This document shows positions 49,930 through 60,448 of a stretch of 64,000 nt of DNA, piece by piece (positions within the stretch are counted from its first letter, which is position 1; each line of letters opens with the position of its first letter). The position numbers and the translations under genes are program-made. This stretch comes from Takakia lepidozioides (taxonomy: Eukaryota; Plantae; Bryophyta), in contig CM060733.1 of NCBI GenBank assembly GCA_030704615.1, forward strand, positions 49,042,001 to 49,106,000, given 5' to 3'. The notes under the pieces were generated by a model that was not told where the DNA came from, did no database searches, and worked only from the letters and a program-made list of their open reading frames with translations.

Positions 49930-52900
49930 GAAGCAGAATGTATAAGCTAGGACCTGATGGAGTACTAAAACGATGCTTGTACCACCATGAAGTAAATAAA
50001 GTTTTGGAGGAAGTTCATAAAGGAGTGGCTGGAGGTCATTTTGGAGAAGAGACTACCAGTAGAAAGATACTACTCGCAGGTTACTGGTGGCCTACTTTAT
50101 TCAAAGATGTACACAAGTATTGTCAAAGTTGTGATGAATGTCAGAGGCTAGGACCTTTGCAGAGATCTGGAAGGATGGCCTTGCATCCTACAATGCCTAC
50201 GGAACCATTTCAGAAATGGGGACTAGACTTTGTTGGACCAATTAACCCACCAGCCAAGAATACACGGAACAGGTACATAATTACAGCAACTGATTATACT
50301 ACGAAGTGGGTGGAAGCTAAAGCTTTGAGGGACAACACAGCCAAGTCCACAGCAAGGTTCATGTATGAGAACATACTTACACGATTTGGCTGTCCCTTAG
50401 AATTTATCAGTGATCAGGGAAGTCACTTCACTAATGAGACCATTGAATTATTGACTAAAGAATTCATGATTGTGCATAAGAAGAGTACAACATATTACCC
50501 ACAGGGTAATGGACAGGCAGAGGCTACCAACAAAATACTATGTACTATCTTGGCTAAGATAGTCAATGCAAACAGAACGGATTGGGATATAAAGCTGTTG
50601 ACAGCTTTGTGGTCATATAGGACTTCATATAAAGTCACCACTAAGTATACACCATTCCAATTAGTTTATGGTATGGAAGCCTTACTTCCAGTGGAATTCC
50701 TGTTACCTACCATGAGAACGGAATGGGGAAAGAGAATGGAATTGCAAGATTCCATTAAGGTCAGGAAACAAGAATTATACCATGTGGAAGAAGTACATGC
50801 TGATGCAGCTGATAATATGACTAGAATTCAGATAAAGAGGAAGGAACAGTTTGATGAAGACAAGTTAAAAACTTTTAAGACGGGAGATTTGGTTCTATGG
50901 TTGCAGAAGAAAGGAAAGATTAAAGCTTCTAAGCTTAAATCACCATGGAAAAGACCTTATGTCATACAAAAGATGTATGATAACAACACCGTCATGTTAC
51001 AAACCATTAACAAAGAGATGCTGGGAAGAGTCAATGCTAATAAGTTGAAGGGGTACAGTGGTATCCATGACAAACCATTGCAGCATGATTTGCATGTTGA
51101 AATGCAAAAGCAGTCACGGGGTGCGCCAGTGTTATCAACGGAGTATGGAGCACTTGTCGCTAGGCCGAGCATATATGACCAGGGCGGGCAGAACAAGCGT
51201 GACACAGCCTATCACAGCCCATCAAGGCAAAACACAGCCTATCACAGCCCATCACGACGTGACACAACCTATCACAGCCCAGCACGGCGCAACACAGCCT
51301 ATCACAACCTACCACAGCGTGTCACAGCCTATCACAACTTACCACAGTGCATCACAGCCTATCACAGCGTACCACAGTATGACACAACCTGTCACAGCTC
51401 AACACAGCCTACTAGGGTTACACAATCCATAGAATCAGTGACAGGTGGACGCACAATAACTTCAGGAAAATGGCCGACGGAAGAAAGGACGGAAATCAGT
51501 TTAAAAATAGACACGTGGAAGTCAGGGCGCGACACACAGCTGAGAAGGAAGTGCAAGAACAGGTGTCATCAAGAAAGAGGACGAGAATGGCCGTCAAAGT
51601 ACCTACTTAGCGTGTCAATTCGGATGAATGGCGGGCCCATTAATGAATACAGAAAAGGGGTAACAGAACAAACGACAAGTACAGAAAAGCGAAATTCTTG
51701 TCACATGTGTTATCCTAGTGGACAGTCCAGCAAGGAAAGTCCACTAAAGAAAATTAAATCTAAAATCCAGTCACAGCGGTTACAGCCAATAGAAAACCAG
51801 AGAAGGGATCAAGAAATTGGAGGGAAATTAAGCGCAAGAGTCGGCGTCGTTCTAAGTAACGGGCGTCTCGACGGAACAAACCATCAATGCGATAGCTTTG
51901 AAGCTATGGAGGAACTAACAGACTATACACTCGCAATACTACTTACGCAGTGGCATAGGGACGAAAGAACAGAACGGATCTTTTATCTTGAGCGATGCTT
52001 GCAAGCCCCGCAGGCTTACAAGAAATTACCCATAGCTTTTTGTGGCAACCATACGTTTATGCTTTTTGCACTACAGGCATTTCTTCAATTGTTACAGCCA
52101 AAACATTTCTGTGGGTCTAGAATGAAGAGAGTGAGAGGAATGGAGGAAATCAGGGTGAAGAGCACCACAATTCTGCAGAAACAAACGATTGCTACCCCAC
52201 AGGCGATACAGATACTGAAGGACCTGAGATTGCAAGGATTGCAAAGCAAAGATTGGACATTGCACCATAGACAATACATGTTACAATTTTTACAGAACTT
52301 TGAGCCAAGGACAAGAGCAACAACGGTGAAGGGAGTTGAATTAGTAATTACTCCCCTATACCTACAACAATTGTTTCGATTACCAGCAGGCCAGGTGCAT
52401 GTGGAGGAGCACAGGGCAAGACTGCAAATAGGGGACTTATTCCAAGAAGGGAGTTTCTTTAAAACTCAGGGTTATGCTTGTACCAAGGCCGTGTACCCAG
52501 GGCTTAAGGAGGTAGGCCAGATATTGAACGTTCTGTTTGCCATGAAACTGAACCAACAGTATTTGAGCAGATCCTTCACAGAGGAAATACTCAAAGCCCT
52601 GAGAGGAGAAGAGGTAGACTGGGCGGACATAATGTACAACGCACTGGTAGAGGAGATGAAAAGATTACAGGGTACTGCCGCAAAGTCTCCTATCATAGTG
52701 TCTGGCCCAATCATTGCTCAAATAATTCTTGATTCTGGCATCCTTGATGCTCGAGAAAGAAAAGAGATGGGAGTGTTTGAGCCAGAAACCACTGCAATGG
52801 AAGAGCAAGGCTCTTCACACAGTGAGGGTGGACTGGCAGGGCAACCCGAGAATAAGAGACAGAGGTGGGGAAAGACTGTAGTGGAGGATCCACTGGCTTC

Positions 52901-53024
52901 ACGGAATCCGCATGATAATGTTTCCGAAGTTTTTGTGCAGGAAGGGGCACAGCAGCACAGAGAACTGCTATTACTAGAAGCAGGACCTTCAGAGAGGGAA
53001 GAGGAAGTTACTTCAGTATCATAG
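49923..53024 (+). CDS. Gypsy integrase (to ~51055) reading through a tandem repeat into an extra ORF (from ~51906)
   Basis: HHCC finger (H..VAGGHF...CDEC), WGLDFVGP, SDQGSHF, NGQAEATN, GPY/F-like WKRPY...VNANKLK; then MEELTDY...VDWADIMY...GPIIAQII. Confidence 0.85.
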   Translation: MVGSRMYKLGPDGVLKRCLYHHEVNKVLEEVHKGVAGGHFGEETTSRKILLAGYWWPTLFKDVHKYCQSCDECQRLGPLQRSGRMALHPTMPTEPFQKWGLDFVGPINPPAKNTRNRYIITATDYTTKWVEAKALRDNTAKSTARFMYENILTRFGCPLEFISDQGSHFTNETIELLTKEFMIVHKKSTTYYPQGNGQAEATNKILCTILAKIVNANRTDWDIKLLTALWSYRTSYKVTTKYTPFQLVYGMEALLPVEFLLPTMRTEWGKRMELQDSIKVRKQELYHVEEVHADAADNMTRIQIKRKEQFDEDKLKTFKTGDLVLWLQKKGKIKASKLKSPWKRPYVIQKMYDNNTVMLQTINKEMLGRVNANKLKGYSGIHDKPLQHDLHVEMQKQSRGAPVLSTEYGALVARPSIYDQGGQNKRDTAYHSPSRQNTAYHSPSRRDTTYHSPARRNTAYHNLPQRVTAYHNLPQCITAYHSVPQYDTTCHSSTQPTRVTQSIESVTGGRTITSGKWPTEERTEISLKIDTWKSGRDTQLRRKCKNRCHQERGREWPSKYLLSVSIRMNGGPINEYRKGVTEQTTSTEKRNSCHMCYPSGQSSKESPLKKIKSKIQSQRLQPIENQRRDQEIGGKLSARVGVVLSNGRLDGTNHQCDSFEAMEELTDYTLAILLTQWHRDERTERIFYLERCLQAPQAYKKLPIAFCGNHTFMLFALQAFLQLLQPKHFCGSRMKRVRGMEEIRVKSTTILQKQTIATPQAIQILKDLRLQGLQSKDWTLHHRQYMLQFLQNFEPRTRATTVKGVELVITPLYLQQLFRLPAGQVHVEEHRARLQIGDLFQEGSFFKTQGYACTKAVYPGLKEVGQILNVLFAMKLNQQYLSRSFTEEILKALRGEEVDWADIMYNALVEEMKRLQGTAAKSPIIVSGPIIAQIILDSGILDARERKEMGVFEPETTAMEEQGSSHSEGGLAGQPENKRQRWGKTVVEDPLASRNPHDNVSEVFVQEGAQQHRELLLLEAGPSEREEEVTSVS
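51198..51412 (+). repeat. 30-bp tandem repeat (~7 units) rich in CACAGCC
   Basis: acacagcctatcacagcccatca... repeats, encoding TAYHSPSRRD-like decapeptides. Confidence 0.9.
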
Positions 53025-53099
53025 CCATCACAGCCAGATGATCGGCTTGTCACAAGGTTACCACAAGTTGTCCATGCAGCTCAACCAGAAATAATTGAT

Positions 53100-55686
53100 T
53101 TGGAAAAAGAAGGGTTAGATATTCCAACTACAGAACAGATAGTGGCAGAAATTGAGAAGGGGGACCTTCTCTATGAATATTCTGGTCTGGTCAAGGAGAC
53201 AGAGATTCCAGAGGTGCAACAGTTGCCCAAGGGAAATCGTGAGGTGCATATAATACACACACCTGTGTCGGAGGTACCACAGGTAGAATGTCAAGACATT
53301 GCAGCACCGGTGATGGATGAAGTGGTTCAGGAAGAAAATTTGGTGGGACAATGGCCTGAGTGGTTCGTGAGACATCACACTGTTGAGGATCAGGGAGAAC
53401 AGCAGCAACCTCACCATGATGACCCTCAACAGGCAATGCTTATGAGTTCCATAGGCAGGACACTTAATTTGTTGGGGACTTATGTCAAATCCCATGTCCC
53501 AACTACCCAATTGACAGCCTTGAGAGAGGAACTCAGGAAGGAGTTTGAGGCTCGACTAGCCACTGAGTGTGCAAACAAAGTCGATGAAGAGGTCACTCTC
53601 AAGATGCAGCAAGACTTGGAGAATACAGAAGCGGCTTTGCAATTGGCCAAGGAACAATTGATTGAGGCAGGCCTCGCGCAAGACCAATCGCATGAGCAAC
53701 AGCTATACCAAATCCAGGTGAAGCATGAAAGCAAGTTGCAAGAAGTGAATGCACTATATACGGAGTTGCAGACAGTGCATGACAGGATGGTCATACAATG
53801 TGCTACACTCACAACTATGCTTGACCAATCTACAAAAGAAATAAACAGTCAAGCGGAAAAATGTACGAAAGCAGAGGAAGAGAATGTTGAGCAAATGAAA
53901 CTCATTGTCGATATGAAGAATACAATCTGTCGCAATGAGGATACTTTCAAGCAATACAGGCAGATTGAAGCTGATCAAGAGAGGCACATCCTGGAGTTGC
54001 AACAAAGGATCATGGCCAATATAAATGAAATCTCGGTCACTAACAAGGCTTGGAAGGAAGCCAATAATCTACTTGCTGCCTATGCGAATTTGGTTGAACC
54101 TCATGCAAAGCGCATGGAGGCTTTACAACAGCAAATAGATGTGTACAAACTAAGAGAGGAGCACACTCTCAAAGGAACCACAAACAATTTGGTGGATAAC
54201 CAACTTATGCAGGTCTGGTTAGCACAAGGGCCAGTGGAGGGCAAAGCACCACAAAAACTCACCCAAAGCGAGATGAATGAGCTCAGACTGCAAGTGCAGA
54301 ACATTGCCACAACTACTATAGACAATGTCTATAGTAGGATAGCGGAGTTACAGGAGGATGTAGACGAACTGCATACTCAAGTGGAGGACCTCACTTCAAA
54401 TATCGACAAAAGAGTCTATATACCTGTCCGTCTGCTGGACAGTTCTCCTCTATGGATATCAGTCTGTTGGCTTCGTATTTACATGCCAGAACTTTGGTTT
54501 TTCAGTCTTCTTCACAGGAGGTGCAGGAGATGCCAATGATACAGGAGCCAGTGCCACCAACACCACAACAAGTAGCTAACCCTGTTGTTACTACAACCAC
54601 ACCACAGCCACCACAGTCTGAGGTATGGGGCAATGCTGCTTTTAACCCACCTAAAACTCCAGCTGTGAGGGAGTACAGTAGGGCTATGATTATGCCCTTC
54701 AACCAAATTCCCATCATGTTGGATTTGGCTTGGAAAGAATGTAGTCCTCCGCAGTCATTGGCACATTACTACCAAATCATGCGCATTTGGCTGCCAGTGG
54801 CAACTAGGACTAAAGTTCTTCCGAACAATCGACCAATTGAGGATCATCACTTTGCACAATACTGGCATGAGGCAGGTACAATGTTGAGGGAATTAATTGC
54901 CTTCCAAGTTGTACATGGATTCATTTATACCAAGACCAAGGAGGTAGCAAGTATTGTCATGGGATGCGGGTTATACTACGCTGCTTGTTTTCTGGTACGT
55001 TATCACATTGAGCAGCAAAAGATGCAATCGCGCTTTCTGAGTTATTCCAGTGGGGATCATTGGTCTTACCTTCAGTGCCACCTCATATGTACCTATATGA
55101 GGCAAAAGTTATGATGCAAAAGGATTCTCAAATTCGTTCATGGTTTCATGCGGCCTGGAACAATTTGTCAACACAGAAATTCGGCATTGATGATATTTTC
55201 TATAAGGGACATGTGGCATGGAAATACTTGCACAATTCACAAGTCATTGGTACCCCACTCACCTGGACAGACAAGGAGCTCAGTGTCTTCACCAATTTTG
55301 CCATTCAGCGTTTACATCAAGTTTTAAAATATAAACTTCCAGACATGGTAGGACAACATTGTATGCCCCAGAGGATTCCACAAAAAGTTCGACAATTAAA
55401 ACACCTGAGAGGCGATGAGGATTCTGATACAACTGTTTCTTCAGCGGATTCTTTTGACATGGGAGAAGACTATTTAATTCAGATGGCAGAGAAGAAGCGA
55501 CGGGGATCTCCTATGCCTGAAAGGTTACCTCGATATCAGCCTCCAGAGGGACTCACTTATCCGGGTAGTGTTCAATCATCTCCGTCAACCAGTGACAGAC
55601 CTCGGGCTCGTACACACAGTCCGCCACGAAACTCTCAACGTCAGAAAGGTGCTCACTCACAAAGGTTTGCTAATCGCAATCAGTAA
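53100..55686 (+). pseudogene. Continuation of the Gypsy extra ORF (coiled coil + unknown domain), broken into 53100..54539, 54452..55114 and 55060..55686
   Basis: Long overlapping same-strand ORFs ending just before the PPT; heptad-rich E/Q/L segment. Confidence 0.7.
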
Positions 55687-55724
55687 ACCGTGAGGACACG
55701 GCTTTTTGAGAGGGGAAGGGGTAA

Positions 55725-56503
55725 TGTTAGAGGACTGTCTGGGACTTAGACACTTATACGGGATCTGTGGGGTACCCTTAATTTTTGCACAGACTGAGAC
55801 CAACAGGAGCCTTAGGGGTGACAGCAGCGCACTTTAGAGGGGGGTTACACAGCCCGTCACAGCCAACACAGCCCATCACAGCCAACATAGCCCGTCACAG
55901 CCGACACAGCCACACAGCCAGTCACAGCCCGACACAGCCAAACACAGTCGCACAGCCAGTCACAGCCCGTCACAGTTTCACACAGCCAGTCACAGCTTGA
56001 CACAGCTGTCACGACCATAGGGAACGGATAGCAGGACAGGGAACGACTGTGGAGAACAACACCTACGAATGGAACATGTTAGTTCACGGACGACGGTTAG
56101 TGAGGGAAACGGTTAGAACAACGGGTAGGAAGATAAAACTGGAAGCAAGGACTGAAAATGGGGATCATTCTTGGGCGCTTCTTGGGGAAGGGAACTTTGG
56201 ACATCACTGAGGGGAAATAAGGCAAAGAGCATATCTCTGAGCAGAAAGAGGAAGAGCACGGAATAGGAGGAGGATGATCTATGATGCTTAATGGAAGCAA
56301 GCAGTAGAATTATAATGTAGAGCAGATTAGAGACTCCAGGACTTTAGCCTGATACTTGATACATATTAATCTGATACACACTTCATACTCACACTGTGTA
56401 GAGAGATCTGAGTGAAGCTATGGAATGAATGGATGAGTTGATGGAATCCGATAGATTGATGAAGCAAACTGATACTTAATTATCAATAGTAAGGTAGCTA
56501 ACA
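55725..56503 (+). repeat. 3' LTR (779 bp) with internal CACAGCC repeats (55846-56010)
   Basis: Follows the PPT; TG...CA ends with 6-bp inverted termini tgttag/ctaaca. Confidence 0.85.
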
Positions 56504-56560
56504 TGAATGCGGGAAGGAAAACAAATAGGAAACACCCCCATGATACACTAGCTGTAGGTC

Positions 56561-57139
56561 ATGACTGATTGTTCTGAGCGGGCTGAGTACTTAGAGATTT
56601 CCAACTCTTCTATCTTGGAGTTTCCGCCTCGGATAGCGAAGGGATGGGTGAGTAAAAGCCGCGCGACAGTTTACAGGGACGATCCTCGACTTGTCCAGCT
56701 GCGAGCAATGGAGTTTCTTCCAGGATTGCACGATTCTCCTGGACCCCGGCTGGGGAGCAGGTGGTTCCTACGCATCATGAACCTGGACTTTCCGCATGAG
56801 TGGGAGCCGAACAGATCACGCACAGCGTTGCTGTATCGCTGGAATTGTTGCGAGTGGACGTATGATGAGTGCATAGGTGAAAACTTTACGCGTGGACGGA
56901 CTAGCTCGGAAAGTGGGGACATTCTCTTCAGTTATGAGGATGAGGAGGAGGGGAACACAGGGCCCACTGTGAAAATGTCCTTCTACCAAGGGGGCGCTAT
57001 TGATAAACACGACATCCTCGTTAGTTTCAACTGGGCGACAGAAACCACTGACATTTTGTTCAAATATAGGCACCCGGTCACTCAGGAGGTCCTTGAGAGG
57101 CCAATTATAGTTCCTTCTTCTTGGGCGAGGGGACCATAG
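56561..57139 (+). CDS. 'RWNCCxWT' family paralog C (192 aa)
   Basis: LRAMEFLPG, WFLRIMNLDFP, RSRTALLYRWNCCEWT, GDI, PTVKMSFYQGGAIDKHDILV match paralogs A and B. Confidence 0.75.
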   Translation: MTDCSERAEYLEISNSSILEFPPRIAKGWVSKSRATVYRDDPRLVQLRAMEFLPGLHDSPGPRLGSRWFLRIMNLDFPHEWEPNRSRTALLYRWNCCEWTYDECIGENFTRGRTSSESGDILFSYEDEEEGNTGPTVKMSFYQGGAIDKHDILVSFNWATETTDILFKYRHPVTQEVLERPIIVPSSWARGP

Positions 57140-57822
57140 GTCTTGCATGCTAGAGTAGACATGTTTCGACTCGCCGACACTCATGGCACATACATTTTCA
57201 TTCAGAAATCAAGCAGCTTCCCTGTGCCATATGGGGAATATACATGCTTGGATAATCTTCTATTAAGGTTTTTTACAATTCACTGCCAGTATGCTGGGAC
57301 GTGTCCTTTGTCGTATGGATTGCTGTTTGCATAATGTGCAGTATGCAAATGCTGGAATGTGCAGTAGGACCCTTCCCACTGGGACACAGAACTAGCAATC
57401 TTGTAAAGACATCACATTTGCAGAACAGTAACAATGTATTTGTAGCAAATTGGAGTCTTCTCATAAAGGTGGACGAAAACGCCAGGATGGGCTGCGAAAT
57501 CACTACAATTTGAATGAAGAGCAGTAACAAGGAAGCACTATGCAGTACACAGACCATAAACGGCGCTGAAATAGGCCTCAATGCCCGTTAATCTCCACAC
57601 AATGTATGCTTTACTAGGATCCATTTGTAGACAACCAAAATAAAAAAAGCATGCGCATGCCATTCATGGCCAAAAACCACATTCTCATGTACTGCGGCAC
57701 CGAAATTCACCTGTAGCCATGGCGATGCGGCACCACCAAGTGTACAATTCCTCACAAAAAAATAGGGTGCAAGAAGATGAATGTAATATAATTGTCACTT
57801 TCTCCTTCCCGAATGTGGAATG

Positions 57823-58245
57823 TCAAGCAGTCCGACCAGTATCCTGCCGTAGGGCCTTGTGCAGCTCGTTGAAACTCAGTGTTGGAGCATGGATGAAGAC
57901 GTCCACTACGGATATGCAACTCATGCGCTTCAGAAAAATGTAATAAAGGTGTTTGCAGGGGACGTATGCTGCATTCTTCGATTCCATAACAAGGAAGTCC
58001 TTACAGTTGCAAGCTGGGTACTGTGAAACCGTGATTGCATACACGACACTGCGCGCAGCAGACCCGGCTGTTGATAACTGAAATATGCGCCCCATCCCGG
58101 GGTGAGGAACATCCCTGCAACCTTGCACTATGCAGGGCATTGCAAGAGCGTTGGCCATCCTAGTGTCATTCGCCTTTGTTGGTGACCGCCGTCTTTTCAG
58201 TTTCCCCCACCGATGGGTGGGCCAAGCTGCGGGGTCACCCACCGG
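57823..58245 (-). pseudogene. SWIM-domain C-terminal remnant of the copy-2 transposase
   Basis: HRWGK...TRMANAL...CNCKDF...PCKHLYYIFLKRM...FIHAPTLS aligns with the end of 35504..36919. Confidence 0.85.
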
Positions 58246-58367
58246 TATGCGGGGCGAAGAGCTTCTCGTACGTTACAAAAACGGACGACAACAGGAAGTT
58301 CACATCGGATATTTGGTGCCTGAATTGTAATGTACAACCACTTGGGCTACAATAAATCAGGCCTTCC

Positions 58368-59940
58368 CATGAATTTCGGCACCGAAATCTGGATGAACAT
58401 CTCTGTCATGTAACAGCTTTGGAAGCCAGTGGATGAATTCCGGCGACAGAAATCGTAATTTGTTCACCTCATAAAACTGACCAAGCACCCAACGGATGGA
58501 TTTCGGTGCCGAAATTCGGATGAACATCTTCTTCATCAAATTGTTTCTGCACTTAAGGGTTGAATTTGGATGCCAAAATACGGATGAATGTGTTCCTGAT
58601 TACAGTCGTGATTCACCACGTGTCCGGATATCGGTGCCGACATCCGAATGACAGTAATCCTGAATCGGCTGAATGGATGTATTTCGGCGCCGAAAATCAT
58701 TCTTCATCTCATTTTCCGACCCTAATTCTGCTGCCCTGCGGATGGATTTTGGTGCCGAAATTCATCTGAAGTCTTTTTTTTTTTTTTTTTTTCCTTAGCG
58801 ACAGATGAACTTCGGCGCCAAATCTCATCCAAGTACTCCCTTCTAATTTTCCTTTTTCTTCGCAAGTAATGAATTTCGGCGCCGAAATTCATCCGAAGTC
58901 CTCCCGAAAAAAAATAAAAAATCTTTGCGAGCAATGAATTCCGGCGCCGAAATTCAACCGACTTCATCCCTCCAAATTCTTTTCAGGGTTTGAGCGCCGG
59001 ATTTCGGCGCCGAAATTCATCCAATGCCCTCCCTCCAATATTTATTTTTCTTTGAAATGGATGAATTTCGGCGCCGAAATTCATCCTTACCGTCCGCAAT
59101 GAGTAACTCTAACATTACATTTTGTATGCGACGGATGAATTTCGGCGCCGAAATTCGTCCAAACCCGACACTTACTTTTTGCTTCTGGATGATATAATTT
59201 TCCGTAAATCGTTGGAAATACCCCGTTCCGACGAAGATAACAGGAATATTCTGCATTTAATGGAGAAATCGGCATATTGAACCCCTTCTGTCAAAATTAA
59301 TTGCATTCTAGCCGTTTTTTTCATTTGAAATCGACAGTATCCATTAAGTGGTCTTTTTCGCACGGGACGTTGCCGCACATAAAGTATAATTTCGGCGCCA
59401 AAATTATAGTTAAATGTCCAGAAATGGCAAGTCCAACAGGCATGGACAGCATCCGTCAGGGGCAATGATGGCGGCAAAGCTTAGCATGGTGCCGATTTAG
59501 TCTTCGCTCTGGATGAATTTTGGCGCCGAAATATGGATGATTTCACCTCGTCTACGCGCGGACGGAGATATTCGTAATGAATTTCGGCGCCGAAATATGG
59601 ATGAAATGTGCCCAAGTGCAGCCGTTTCCACTGTCCCGGAATTAATTCCGGCTCCGATATCCCACTGACAGGTTTGCTCATGACGGATGAGGACTTGGGA
59701 AGCGATGAATTGCGGCGCCGAAATTCGTAAGTTTGTGTATGAAAGCACTTGAATAGGATGAATTTCGGCGCCGAAATTCATCCGTCCGCTGATGAAACGT
59801 ACCGACCTGACTGTTGAATGTCATAGGCAGGGGATTTTCATGGCGGTTGGGTTTCATGATGTGCGGATATTTCATTCAATGCAGGCTGCTCCGAGAACAA
59901 CATCCGGTGAACGGAAGGTATTTCGGCGCCGCAATTCAGA
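58368..59940. repeat. Array of ~20 palindromes (GAT)GAATTTCGGCGCCGAAATTC(ATC) with unique spacers, period mostly 63-65 bp
   Basis: Core hexamers at 58378, 58442, 58505, 58569, 58633, 58686, 58751, 58814, 58878, 58943, 59006, 59070, 59144, 59394, 59522, 59586, 59650, 59714, 59767, 59925. Confidence 0.95.
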
Positions 59941-60448
59941 TAAACCGTCTTGTACTGGTGGCTGGAACTGGCACGCGTCGTGTTCCAGTCGACTTCATCC
60001 GTGCGAACGTGTCAGGGGTCACAATCTCTTCATCACCCATACGGCAGAAAGTGGCGGACGGTGGCAACGCTTCGGGAGACGTGGCTGCTTACGCATCTGC
60101 TCGTGCATAGTGGTTGCATGTTCCACCGCTTCGCTCTCTCGCTCCTTGCCCTTCTGCAGTGACATTCTCCTGCATTTCCTCTCCTTATGCGGCATAGTGG
60201 TAGCATAGAGTTTGTGGAAGGTCAGGCGACTCCGGCAAAGAGAAGGAGGACGCGGGATTTTGGGAAGCCGCCGACGACACGACTTAAGCTCCGTCTCATG
60301 CATGAAATGCAGACCTCGTTATCCGGAGACTCGGATCGCCCACCAGTGAGAGATTCGTGCATCGCGGATGTGAAGCACTCCATACGCAATATTCTTTTTA
60401 CACCTTTTTTTTTGCGTGCAGTGTCTCATGTTTTCCTGTTTGTTTGAC

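Larger units (their letters stand above)
48229..56503 (+). mobile_element. 5'-truncated Ty3/Gypsy LTR retrotransposon with long extra 3' ORFs and a 3' LTR
   Basis: RT-RNaseH-IN order; PPT gagaggggaagggg at ~55708-55721; LTR TGTTAG...CTAACA; no gag/PR or 5' LTR seen. Confidence 0.92.

Noticed and set aside
58368-59940. CRISPR array (palindromic repeats + unique ~40-bp spacers)
   Set aside because: Eukaryotic TE context with no cas genes. The repeats are degenerate and fully palindromic with no loop or polarity, isolated copies occur in introns, and spacing tracks helical turns. This fits DNA-binding sites better
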